64,000 nt of DNA from an uncultured Nitrososphaerales archaeon (GTDB lineage: Archaea; Thermoproteota; Nitrososphaeria; Nitrososphaerales; Nitrososphaeraceae). Location of the stretch: NCBI GenBank assembly GCA_963709405.1, contig CAVPXM010000055.1, forward strand, positions 1 through 64,000, given 5' to 3'. Numbering within the stretch: the stretch's first letter is position 1; every line of letters begins with the position of its first letter. The notes under the pieces are model-generated. The model saw only the letters and a program-made list of their open reading frames with translations, did not search any database and was not told the DNA's origin. Made by a program: the position numbers and the translations under genes. This document shows, piece after piece, positions 1-11,620 of this stretch.

Positions 1-1866
1 ATGCCGTGGTGGGCAAGCTTCTGCGCCTCGCGCTCGGTGACGTTGCTGCGCGGATCGTCAGCGTGCCGCCGTCCGGCATCGCGTCCTTGGCGTTGGTGAT
101 GAGGTTGAACAGCGCCTGCATCGAACTCGTGCTTGTCGGTCATCACGTACCAGAGGTCGGGCTCCGACCGATCTTGAGCTCGCTCTTCTCGCCGAGGTAG
201 CGCTTCAGCAGGGTGAACTCGTCGGTCAGCACGTCGCCGAGATTGACGACCTCGTTCTGCAGCGTCTGCTGGCGGGCGAGCGCCAGCAGCTTGCGCACGA
301 GCTCGGCGGCGCGGTTGGCGCTGGACTGGATGTTCTTGATGTCTTTGTAGGCGACGTCCTTCGGCCGGTGCATGGTGAGCAGCATGTCGGAGAAGCCGAG
401 GATGGCGGTCAGCATGTTGTTGAAGTCGTGCGCGATGCCGCCCGCGAGCTTGCCGACGACCTCCATCTTCTGGCTCTGCGCGAACTTCGCTTCGAGCGCC
501 TTCTGCTCGGTGGCGTCGACGACGTAGAGGATCGCCGCCTCGCGCGCCGCTCGGCCGCCGCGAACGGGCTCATGTAGACGCGGGTCACGTGGTCGCGTCT
601 GCGGCGCCGACCGTGATCTCGATCGGGCCGCGCCCGGCGCGCCGACGAGGGCGCGCTTCAGGCCGGCCTCGACGGCGGTGAGCGCGCGTCGGGCGTCGGC
701 GGCAGCGGCACAGGGCGTCGGCGGCCGTCACAGCCGACGCCGGTGGCGCCGTCGAGCACCATGGCGGCGAAGGCGGCGTTGGCGCTGGCGATGCGCCCGT
801 CGGGCCGAGGATCGCGATGCCGAAGGGCGCCGACTGGAAGAAGCGCGCGAAGCGGATCTCGGCGGCATCGCCGTCGGGCTCGGCTGCGGCCTCGCGCAGG
901 TAGGTGGCGACAAGCAAGCCGCCTGCAGCCTCGCGCCGGGCGAAGAGCCGCATCGGCATGGCGCGCCCCTCGTCGGCCGCAACGTCGAGGTCCAATCCCG
1001 TTTCCTGGCTCTGAGGCGTGTCGGCGGCGGTCTCGATCAGATCGGCGCCCGGCTGGGTGAAGATGTCGCGCAGGCGAAGCGCGCGCTCGGCGAGCGCCAG
1101 CGGCTCGCGGCCGAGCCAGCGCAGGAGCGTTGCATTCATGTGGCGGATGACGCCGCGGTTGTCCGTCCACATGAGGCCGGCAGGGACGGCATCGTAGCGG
1201 GCGAGCGACGCTTCGAGAGAGCGCACGGTCGCGACGTGGTGGGCACGCTCGCCGGTGACATCGGCTACCGTCCAGAGCACCAGCGGGCCGAGATCGCGCT
1301 CCTGGCCCGGCACGGTGCACGGACGGTGCGTGATGCGCAGACACCTCGGCGGCCGACCCGGGCGCGGCCGGAATGTCGATCTCCTCGCGCCCTGGCTCGC
1401 GCCGGCTCGCGGCGCGTGTCAGACGGAAGAGAGCTGCGGCGGCGTCGGGATCGCCGGCGAAGGCCGACTCAAGGCTCCTGTACTCGCCAGCCTCGGTCAT
1501 GCCGACGAGATGCTTGAAGCTGTGATTGGCATAGACGGCGGCGCCGTCGAGCCGCGCGACGAGCATGCCGTCCTCGTGACTGTCGGCAAGCGCCTTGACG
1601 AGATCGTCGTCACGCACACGCTCACCGATACGGATATGCCCGGCAAGGTAGCCAAAGATCAGAAATGCGCCGAACATGGCAAGTGTCGCGAGCAGCGTCA
1701 GCAGCAGCGGCTCGGCGGCGCCACTGGCAACGAGCGCGAGCACGATCGCGCCCGTGAGCGCGGCGATCAGGAGAAGCGGAATGGCCCCGCTCTCGCCGGC
1801 GCCGTCGGCGAGTGCATGGTCAGCCGGAAGTGCTACTTGGGGCTCACGGATTTCGCTTTCGCTCAT
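1..1866 (-). CDS. cckA: CckA-like PAS hybrid histidine kinase, 3'-truncated by the window and split by several frameshifts
   Basis: Consecutive minus-strand pieces (658-1866, 585-1313, 143-466, 1-140) give two TM helices, PAS-like segments (RFARFFQSAPFGIA), the H-box KMEVVGKLAGGIAHDFNNMLTAI and the N-box LFNLITNAKDAMPDGG. Confidence 0.8.
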
Positions 1867-2230
1867 GAACGCGAAAGCTATCTGATTCTTGGGGGGAGGG
1901 CGCGTTGGACGCCTGCATGGGATACTCTGTACGCTACGCTACACATACACGTGAGGAACGCCGCCGGCTCGAATGCCACCTCCGGGCTGCCGGGCCTGCC
2001 GCGTTGGGCGCCCGGGCTCGGCATTCCTCACGCCCCAACACTTCGATCATTAGAGTTAAATTGGCGTGAATTCCGCGCTATACGTCGGCACGCGTTCAGA
2101 GTGGCGAAGGTCCGCGCCTCAGAGTGCGCGGGAGATTCGATCGCATCGCGGTGGGGTAAGATGCGGACGAACCACGGAAACAAGAGTTGGCCGATAAAGA
2201 GGATCGCGGCGCGCGCCGCGTTTAGCCGAA

Positions 2231-2599
2231 ATGTGGGACGTTGCGTACTATCTTGCGATCGTGATCTTGCTTGCCGCCGCCGTCATCGCGAGCGCATTTG
2301 CGGTGCGCGCCTATATGAGCGGCGCCGGACCCATGGACGCCGTTTCCAAGCTCTTCGGACCGAAACCTGAGCGGCGCCTCGACGTCGTCGAGCAATCCAA
2401 CCTCGATGGCCGTCGCCGCCTCATTCTCATCCGGCGCGACGACGTGGAGCACCTGATCATGACCGGCGGCCCGGTCGACATGGTGATCGAGACGGGTATC
2501 GGCGAGCGGCGCGAGCGCAATGTCGATACGATCGAGACGCCGGCAGCCGTCTTTTCGCGCATGCCGCGGGCAAAAGGACAGGGCGCTGGAGAGCAATAG
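2231..2599 (+). CDS. FliO-like small membrane protein (alphaproteobacterial)
   Basis: N-terminal TM helix then RLDVVEQSNLDGRRRLILIRRDDVEHLIMTGGPVDMVIETGI, typical of alphaproteobacterial FliO-family proteins. Confidence 0.7.
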   Translation: MWDVAYYLAIVILLAAAVIASAFAVRAYMSGAGPMDAVSKLFGPKPERRLDVVEQSNLDGRRRLILIRRDDVEHLIMTGGPVDMVIETGIGERRERNVDTIETPAAVFSRMPRAKGQGAGEQ

Positions 2600-2667
2600 A
2601 TGCGCAATTGAGTTGCGCATCGCACGCAAAATTTGATCGTCAGCCGCGTAAGGCCAGGACAGCATTG

Positions 2668-3120
2668 ATGTTTCGTGCACTCACCAGATTTGCAGATGGT
2701 CTCGCTTCGGTGGCGGGTTTCGGGCGCCGCGGAGCAGAAGATGCGGTCGTCATCCGCGTCGGCGTGTCCTACCGCTCCGATCCCGATCAGGTGCGCGCGG
2801 CCCTCGAGGGCGTGGCACGCGACTGCCCGCTCATTCTACGCGTGCCGGCACCTTCCATCACGTTCGACGACTTCGGTCAGAGCGCGCTCGAGTTCTCGCT
2901 GCATGCGCGTCGCGCCGCCCATGCCGAGCCGGGCGCGGCGGAGACGGAGCTCAGGACGAGGATCCTCAAGGCCTTCGAGAGGTGCCGGCATCGAGATGCC
3001 TTACGCGCAATACGACATCCACCTGCGCGACCTCGATGCGGTGCGCGCCATCCTGAACCGAGTGGCCGAGGAAAGAGCCGCGCGGCCGGGCGTCAATGGC
3101 GAAGCGGAAAACCTATCAAT
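2668..3120 (+). CDS. MscS C-terminal-domain protein, frameshifted; 3' end approximate
   Basis: IRVGVSYRSDPDQVRAAL...PSITFDDFGQSALEFSL...ELRTRILKAF, continuing in another frame as GIEMPYAQYDIHLRDLD after an indel near 2980. Confidence 0.6.
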
Positions 3121-3175
3121 GTCTGCGGCTTCGGCGGGGGAGCAGCGACGGCGGGCGCCTGGCTATGGCCCCCGC

Positions 3176-3777
3176 TCAGTCCTCGCGATAGACGCGCTCA
3201 CGCCGCTCGTGGCGCTCCTGGGCTTCGACCGAGAGGGTCGCAATCGGGCGTGCATCGAGGCGCTTCAGCCCTATGGGCTCGCCCGTCTCCTCGCAATAGC
3301 CGTAGGTGCCGTCCTCGATGCGGGCGAGCGCCGCATCGATCTTAGCGATGAGCTTGCGCTGGCGGTCGCGGGCACGCAGCTCCAGCGCGCGGTCCGTCTC
3401 GGACGTGGCGCGATCGGCAAGATCGGCGTGCTGGGTCGAAATCCTCGTGCAGGCCAGCCAGAAGTCTTTTTTCGTCTGGCGGATGATTTCTTCCTTCCAG
3501 GTCACAAGCTTCTGGCGGAAGTAGAGGCGGTGACGCTCGTTCATGAACGGCTCGTCCTCGGACGGCCGGTAGTCGGGCGGCAGTACGATGGAGGAGCTCG
3601 AGGCTCGAACCGTCAGCGTCTTGTCTCGCGCTTTTCCGACAGCTCGCGTCTTGGGCTTGGCTTTCACCTTGGGCGCTACTGCCTGTTTGGGCCGGGCTGC
3701 GGCTTTCGGGGCTGGCTTCTTGGCCGCCTTCCTTGCCGGTGCAGACTTGGCCGTTTTCTTTTGTGCTCGCTTGCTAT
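3176..3777 (-). CDS. dksA: RNA polymerase-binding transcription factor DksA with Ala/Lys/Pro-rich N-terminal extension; start approximate
   Basis: DYRPSEDEPFMN...DLADRATSETDRALELRARDRQRKLIAKIDAALARIEDGTYGYCEETGEPIGLKRLDARPIAT. The upstream frame reads AQKKTAKSAPARKAAKKPAPKAAARP after a GGAGG site. Local frame errors near 3440-3470. Confidence 0.9.
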
Positions 3778-4133
3778 GATGGGCCTCCCGGAGGCTCTCT
3801 TGCCGCCTCTGCCCCTCCCTCTAGACAGCGTACAGCGATGAACACGAGTTGGGGCGGCCTCTATTGAAGTGAGTGGCCGCTAGAGTTAGAAAATCCGAGA
3901 TTTAGGTGTGCGGCGCAGTAAATTCAGGGGCTTGACTTGCCCCCGCCGGGGTCTGGATCGCGGGTATGCCCCGGAGATGGCCGGCGCGTGTTTGAGTCTC
4001 TACCCCGCACCGCAAAAAAATGGCGGCTGCAACCGGAGCGGGAGCCCCTTTGGTCCCCTTGGGGGCAGTTCCTTGCTGGCCAGGGTCGCGGGACCTAATG
4101 TCCAGCGCCCAATCGATGGAGGATTAAGAACCG

Positions 4134-5000
<867 letters not shown>

Positions 5001-5102
5001 TCAGCAACGGGCCGCAACAAGCCGAAAGGCTTAGTTTCCAGCCGTAAAGCCGCCTCAGTGCTGTCGTCCGTTCCGGCCGCTTCAGACGGGACGGGAATTT
5101 CC

Positions 5103-5412
5103 ATGACAACGAGATGGCCAATTTTCGGTTCGAGCGACGGCTCGGCCATGAACATCGCTGAGATCGGCGGACGGGGCGGCAAGTGGGCGACGATGCTCTC
5201 GGCGCTGGCGCTCGGCTTCTCCGGGCTCTCCTTCTACGAGAGCGTGATGAAGACCGCCGATCTCGAGGTCTACGTCCCGCCTGTGATCCACTATGCGCGC
5301 GACCAGGGCGGCGACGTCGAGCAGTTCGCCATTCCGCTGACGATCGTCAACGCGGGCGCACGCACGGGAACGGTGATCTCGATGGAGCTTAATGTCGAGA
5401 GCCTGCGCCCGA
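5103..5412 (+). CDS. Alphaproteobacterial hypothetical membrane-anchored protein, cut off at the composition junction
   Basis: GC-rich codons, TM segment WATMLSALALGFSGLSFY, then FAIPLTIVNAGARTGTVISMELNV, after which the ORF runs into unrelated AT-rich sequence. Confidence 0.55.
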
Positions 5413-5425
5413 CTCCAAAGGCTGA
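5405..5425. other. Bacterial/archaeal composition junction (probable chimeric join)
   Basis: Abrupt change from strongly GC-rich codons (gtcgagagcctgcgccc) to AT-rich codons (aaggctgaagacataacaggaattata) inside one ORF. Genes to the left are alphaproteobacterial, those to the right archaeal. Confidence 0.9.
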
Positions 5426-7466
5426 AGACATAACAGGAATTATAACATCTCAGGATAAGCCTGTACAAATCACTGCAAAGGTAGCAGATCCGGATAGTGG
5501 TGATACAGTGACGATTGCCCCGGTAACACGGCCTGCCCATGGTTCTGTCACAGTCAATAGTACTTCAGATACCTTCACATATATTCCCATTCAGGGGTAT
5601 TTCGGTGATGACAACTTTACTTATCAGGGTATAGATAGCCATGGTGTAAAGAGTAACGTGGCCACAGTCGGAATATTGGTGAATGCTCCGCCTGCTGTAA
5701 AGGATCTTACTGTCTTTACGGTTCAGGACACATCCATCGCGATACCCTTGACCGGAACCGATCCAGATAATGCAAGAGGAGATACCGTGACTCTCAGTGT
5801 AGTGGCCAATCCGACTCACGGTAACGTGACTTTGGATTCAATCTCTAAAAGGTATGTGTACAAACCAGTCTCTAATTATACTGGAGATGACGCCTTCACA
5901 TATCAGGCAACAGATAGCCATGGTGCAAAGAGCAACTTGGGTAAAGTGAGTATAACAGTCTTGCCTAGCAAATGAACCCGGTTCCCACACCATCAACTAA
6001 TCCAACATCAACTAATCCACCACCATCAACCAATCCACCACCATCAGGTAATCAAGCCCCTGTAGTTCAGAATGTTACTGCGCTTACGACACGCAAGATA
6101 CGTCTGTAACTATTCCAGTAACAGTGTCTGATCCTGATCAAGGAGATACAGCAACAATCACTAACACGAGTGCTCCAACTCACGGAAAAATATCAGTTGG
6201 TTCCACTCAAAACAGTTTTGTGTATACGCCAGCATCAGGGTACACCGGACCGGATAGCTTCACAGTTCAAGCAACCGATAGTCATGGTGCAAAAAGCAAT
6301 ATTGTTACCGTGAGTATAACAGTTCTTGCTGAAACCAAACTCCACCACCTACACCTTCAAACCAAGCACCTACAGTAAGGGACACAAGCATATCAACTGG
6401 ACAAGATACGTCTGTAACTATTCCAATAGCAGTGTCTGATCCAGATCAAGGAGATACAGCAACAATCACTAACACGAGTGCTCCAACTCACGGAAAAATA
6501 TCAGTTGGTTCCACTCAAAACAGTTTTGTGTATACGCCAGCATCAGGGTACACCGGACCGGATAGCTTCACAGTTCAAGCAACCGATAGTCATGGTGCAA
6601 AAAGCAATATCGCTACCGTGAGTATTAATGTTACCTCCTCCACCACACCTGGAGGTGGAGGAAGTGGTGGCGGTACAACACAGGGCTTTGACAAGTTTGG
6701 GATAAAGGAGATTTATCCCACAAAGCCGGGTGGTGAAGAATGGTTTATGAACATGCAAGATCCCAATAATGACAAACGTACTTCTCCACCAAGTATGACC
6801 AAGAACCCAGATGGAAGTTGGAAGGTAACAAGTGGAAAGGTTAGATATGGCGTATTCACTTCATCAGGCTACCATCCGGAGTTAATAAAGTACAAAACAG
6901 ATGAAAAGTCAATGGAAAAACAAGGATATATGCAATCACCTAATGACTGGAAGAATATTGAAATGACAGGTCAAGTCAAGTTTGTCAGTGGTGATAGTAG
7001 TGATAGCTGGACCTGGTACGCTAGAGGTGGAAGACATACTGGCAGCGGGAATCCAGACGGCTGTGAAGGCACAGCGTACAAGGCTGATCTATTTTACGGT
7101 AGTGGACAAGTTCGATGGGCTAAAGAACAATGGCATGTTCACTATCTATTCACAAGCGCCAAGTCATCGCCAGCAGGTAGTAACGGAAAGTACGTGGGAT
7201 TTAAGGCTATGTTTTACAATATAGTCCAGAACGGAAAACTGGTAGTGAAGCTCGAAATCTGGGTAGACCCAAATAATAACAATGCATGGCAAAAAGTTTA
7301 CGATCAAGTTGATAGCGGCGGATGGGGCGATGCCGGGCAAACATGTGGTGGTGCAACAGATCAATTGTTAACCTGGGGAGGACCTATTGCTACGTTTAGA
7401 TGGGACAATGCAAATGATGTAGCTATCAAAAACCTTAGCGTCAGAGAAATACAACCTCCACAATAG
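5413..7466 (+). CDS. Archaeal surface protein, 5'-truncated: four Ig/cadherin-like (Big_9-type) repeats, Pro/Ser/Thr linker and a Trp/Gly-rich C-terminal domain; frameshifted
   Basis: Repeated DPD...P.HG...F.Y.P..GY.G.D.FT.QATDSHGAKSN motif in ORFs 5058-5975 (3' part), 6124-6378 and 6432-7466. PTPSTNPTSTNPPPSTNPPPS linker at ~5985-6050. Indels near 5970, 6092 and 6335. Confidence 0.75.
6093..6625 (+). repeat. Near-identical duplication of one Ig-like domain (~230 nt, period 308)
   Basis: caagatacgtctgtaactattcca...gcaaaaagcaatat begins at 6094 and again at 6402. Confidence 0.9.
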
Positions 7467-7959
7467 CCATCACTCCACATTTTTTACTAATGTGGCAGTT
7501 TTTTTGTTGATGTATTATTCAATTTATAGTATACTTTAATCTTGCATGAACCTATTATGGCATGCCAATCTTAACCAGTCATTCATTATCTGACAAATTC
7601 TTCGGACTTTTGTATTCAATTCCATAACTAAAATTAATATTGTTACCAAAATTAATATTGTTACTATATTTAGTATGTAAGATGAAGAACTGAACAATGT
7701 AATCAACACGAATGGTCTAAACACAAAAGCTTGAGGAAATTTTCATTAGCTTCTCGTAAAAACATTGAAGCAAAAGTAAAGAGGCAAAAATAGATATAAT
7801 TAATTGGCATCCACTCCGAAACCTGCTATGACAAGCCGGAAGAGTAATGTTAACTGGAATCTAGCTAGACCAAATATTCTATCTTGAAGATAGCCTACAA
7901 GCAGGCATTGTTACATTTAAGGTGAATATGTTTGACCGATCAAGTATGATTTAATGGAC

Positions 7960-10900
7960 TCAATAAATGTAGTCTCTAAGGTAGGCAAGAGTTGGTGTAT
8001 TTTTTCTCACCCATTCTAACGTATTAATAAATGAGTTAGCTGCCTCGTGGGTTGTTAAAACAGGAACTCCCATTTCGACTGCTTTTCGACGGATTTGATA
8101 CTCGTCATCCAACATACCAAGATATTTCTCTGCAGTAGAGGTGGAAGGAATATTTATAATGAAATCAATTTTCCTGTCAAATAATAGATCTGATATGTTA
8201 GGCTTTCTATCAGGCTCACTTATTTTGAATACTAGATTCAATTTGACTGATTTACTATTCTTCGATATGAATTCCGCGGTATGTTCTGTGGCATGTATGT
8301 CGTATCCCATCGATGCAATTTTTGTCACTAGAGGCAGGACCTTTTCTTTATTTCTTTGACCACCTACAGTAATCAATGCTGATCCTTTTGCGGGTAAGGA
8401 ATAGCCGGCTGCAATATAAGCCTTAGAGAGTGCATCATAAAAACTCTTGCCAAAACAGGCAACCTCGCCCGTGGACTGCATTTCCACTCCAAGAACTATG
8501 TCTGCTCCTTCCAGCTGCATGAATGAAAATTGTGGGACTTTGATTCCAAACCCAGATGTTTTTAACCAAAGATCTTTTACATCTGAGGGAAGAGCGTGGC
8601 CAGTCATGGCTCTTGCAGCGAGCTTGATTAAATTTATTCCAATGAATTTCGAAACAAATGGCATGGTTCGAGAAGCTCTAATATTCGCCTCTATTACTGA
8701 CACTTCATTATCTTTCACCAAATATTGTATGTTAAAAGGTCCAATCACCTTTAGGGCTTTACCTATCCTAATTGTATAATCAGTTATCGTCTCAATGGTT
8801 TCCCTGTCAAGCCTCCAAGGTGGAATACACATCATTGCGTCACCGGAGTGAACCCCAGCGTTATCGATATGTTCAACTATCGAGCCAATTACTACATCCT
8901 TTCCATCTGTACCCACAGCGTCGACTTCAACTTCCGAAGCATCCTGTAGAAATTTACTTATAACGATTGGATGATCTGGGCTTACCTTCGTAGCCGCTGC
9001 TAGGAATTGTTCTAACTGATACTCCGCCCATACCACTTTCATGGCAGCACCGCTTAAGACATACGATGGTCTTACTAGTATTGGATATCCAACTTCATAC
9101 GCAAACTTTTTCGCCTCGAAGAGATTAGTGAAGATTTTCCATGCTGGCTGCTTTATCTTAAGTTCGTCGAGAAGTTTGCCAAATTTGGACCTGTTTTCGG
9201 CTTTATCGACGTTTTCACTTCCAGTCCCTACTATCTTGATCCCATTTCGAGATAGGAGTGGTGTTAAGTTATTCGCCGTTTGCCCTCCCACACAGGTTAC
9301 TATGCCAGATGGATTCTCCTTCTCATAGATGTCCATTACTCTTTCAAATGTTAACTCCTCAAAGTATAAGCGATCACATATATCATAGTCAGTAGACACG
9401 GTTTCAGGATTACAGTTAATGATTGAAACTTCCTTGACGCCGTTCTCCTTAAGGCCCCACACCATATTTACTGTTCCCCAATCAAACTCCACGCTACTCC
9501 CAATTCTATACGGACCCGCTCCCAACACTATTACAGAATTTATCTTATGCTCGTTATTATTTTGCTGAATATTATGGCCAATAATTTGAGCAGTGCTATT
9601 CGACCTTTGCTTCCGATCGGAAGAAGACTGCATTTGCCGTTGAGATGGCTCGGAAAGCGCAGGATAGTTAGAAGTCATGACTTCTTCCCGAATACTTTGA
9701 CTTTCACGCTCGAATATGAGATCATCCGTATCTCCACAGTAAGTTAGGTAAAGATAATTTGTCTTTGCGGGCCATTCCGCGGCTAATGTGTCGATCTGCT
9801 TGACAACCGGAAGGATACCAAAATTTTGCCTTAATAATCTCACATTTTCCTCATTCAGACCAACACACCTAGCTATCTGTCTGTCTGAAAAACCAATTTT
9901 CTTTGCCGCCCTGATAAGATTCTGATCCAATCTTGAGCTTAATAACTTATTTTCCATGCCAACGATGTTTGCAAAACTTGCCAAGAACCATGGATCGATT
10001 GTCGAAAGTTCACTTATTCTTTTGATACTTATTCCAGCCTTCATTGCTCTTGTAACGATAAACAAGATTTCATCGTTAGGATGAAGTAACAATTCTTCGA
10101 GTGCTTCCAGGTTCACTTCACCAGGAATTCGTACATGGTTTTTATCTCTATTTGCGTGACCTGATGATGGGCTAACATTCGTTTCTTTGCTTACATTCTC
10201 CTCAGAGCCATAGTGATTTGCAAAAGAAACAGCTTGATCATCTTCGTCAGTAATACCGATATTTGATGTAGGATATCTATTATTGTTGAAGGTACGTTCT
10301 TCTGGGTTGGTAAAGCGTACTGAATTTCTTATTGAGTGGTCGTCTTCCAGACTGTCAAAGTTTGCGACCAGGCCATCCTTGCCGATGTCTGTCATCCTGA
10401 TCGCTTTCTGCAATACCTCTTCAAAAGATCTTCCAATCGCCATAACTTCGCCGATAGATTTCATTGTACTACCAAGCTTTCTCTTTACAAATTCAAATTT
10501 TTGGAAATCCCATCTTGGCATCTTCAACACAACATAGTCTAATGATGGCTCAAAACACGCAGTAGTAGCCATGGTGATCCTATTAATAAGTTCAGGTAAA
10601 GAATATCCTAAAGCGATCTTTGCTGCCATGTACGCTAGAGGATAGCCAGTTGCCTTACTTGCGAGCGCAGAAGAACGAGAAAGTCTTGCGTTAATCTCTA
10701 CCGCACAATACTCGTCTGAAGTTACGTCTAGCCCAAACTGAATATTACATTCGCCTACTATTCCGCATTGATCAGTTGCACGGAGTGCAACTGAGCGTAA
10801 CATATGATATTCATGATTGTTTAGCGTTTGAGATGGCGCTACAACAATGTTGTCGCCGGTATGTACCCTCATTGACAGCATATTTTCCATGTTACATACG

Positions 10901-11620
10901 ATGACACTATTTTTCTTATAATCACGCATGACCTCATACTCAATCTGCTTCCAATGTCCGACATATTTCTCTATAAGCACTTGTCCGACCATACTTAACG
11001 CGAGGCCTCTTTGAACAATTTCTTGGAGCTCGTACTCATTATACGCTACTCCACCTCCCCTTCCTCCAAGGGTATACGCAACGCGGATCATGACTGGGTA
11101 GCCGATACGGCTGGCTGTAGTAAGAGCTTCTTCCACCGAATAGCAAGGGGCACTATCCAATACAGGAACGCCAGATTTGATCATTGCCTCTTTAAACAAT
11201 TGTCTATCCTCAGTAACTTCTATACCACTTACTGGAGTACCGAGTACTCTAATTCCATATTTCTGCAAGATGCCCTCTTTTTCTAAAGATACCCCACAAT
11301 TAAGGGCGGTCTGGCCACCAAACGCCAACATAATAGCATCCGGCCGTTCACACTCTATGACCTGCTTGACAAAACTGGTGGTGATAGGGAGCAAATACAC
11401 TTTGTCCGCAAATTTCTTATCAGTCTGTATTGTTGCTATATTCGGATTAATGAGAACGCTGCCTACGTCATCTTCACTAAGAGCTTTGAGACATTGCGAA
11501 CCGGAGTAGTCGAATTAGCGGTCGATCAATTTATCATGACCAACTTTCGCCCGCTTCTCCAATCTTAATTGCCCCGCTACCCAGTACCAGTACCTTTCTT
11601 ATCGTATCATCCCGTGTCAT
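7960..11620 (-). CDS. carB: Carbamoyl-phosphate synthase large subunit in two exons (11620-11546, 11514-7960); 1209 aa if spliced
   Basis: Exon 1 [25 protein letters not shown] joins exon 2 FDYSGSQCLKAL...NPNIATIQTD. Two ATP-grasp halves (HTGDN, EINARLSRSSALASKATGYPLA; GVHSGDA) and a C-terminal MGS domain. Confidence 0.95.
11515..11545 (-). other. Candidate 31-nt bulge-helix-bulge mRNA intron in carB
   Basis: Insert AGUUGGUCAUGAUAAAUUGAUCGACCGCUAA contains in-frame UGA UAA. Central helix GGCG/CGCU, bulges AAA and AAU, intron stem GUUGGUCA/UGAUCGAC. Cuts after the second base of each bulge give GGC GAA|UUC GAC. Confidence 0.85.

Noticed and set aside
11522-11540. C/D-like K-loop (AUGAUAA...UUGA) inside the carB intron
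   Set aside because: The boxes are degenerate and would need a 4-nt bulge; the plain 8-bp hairpin explains the sequence.
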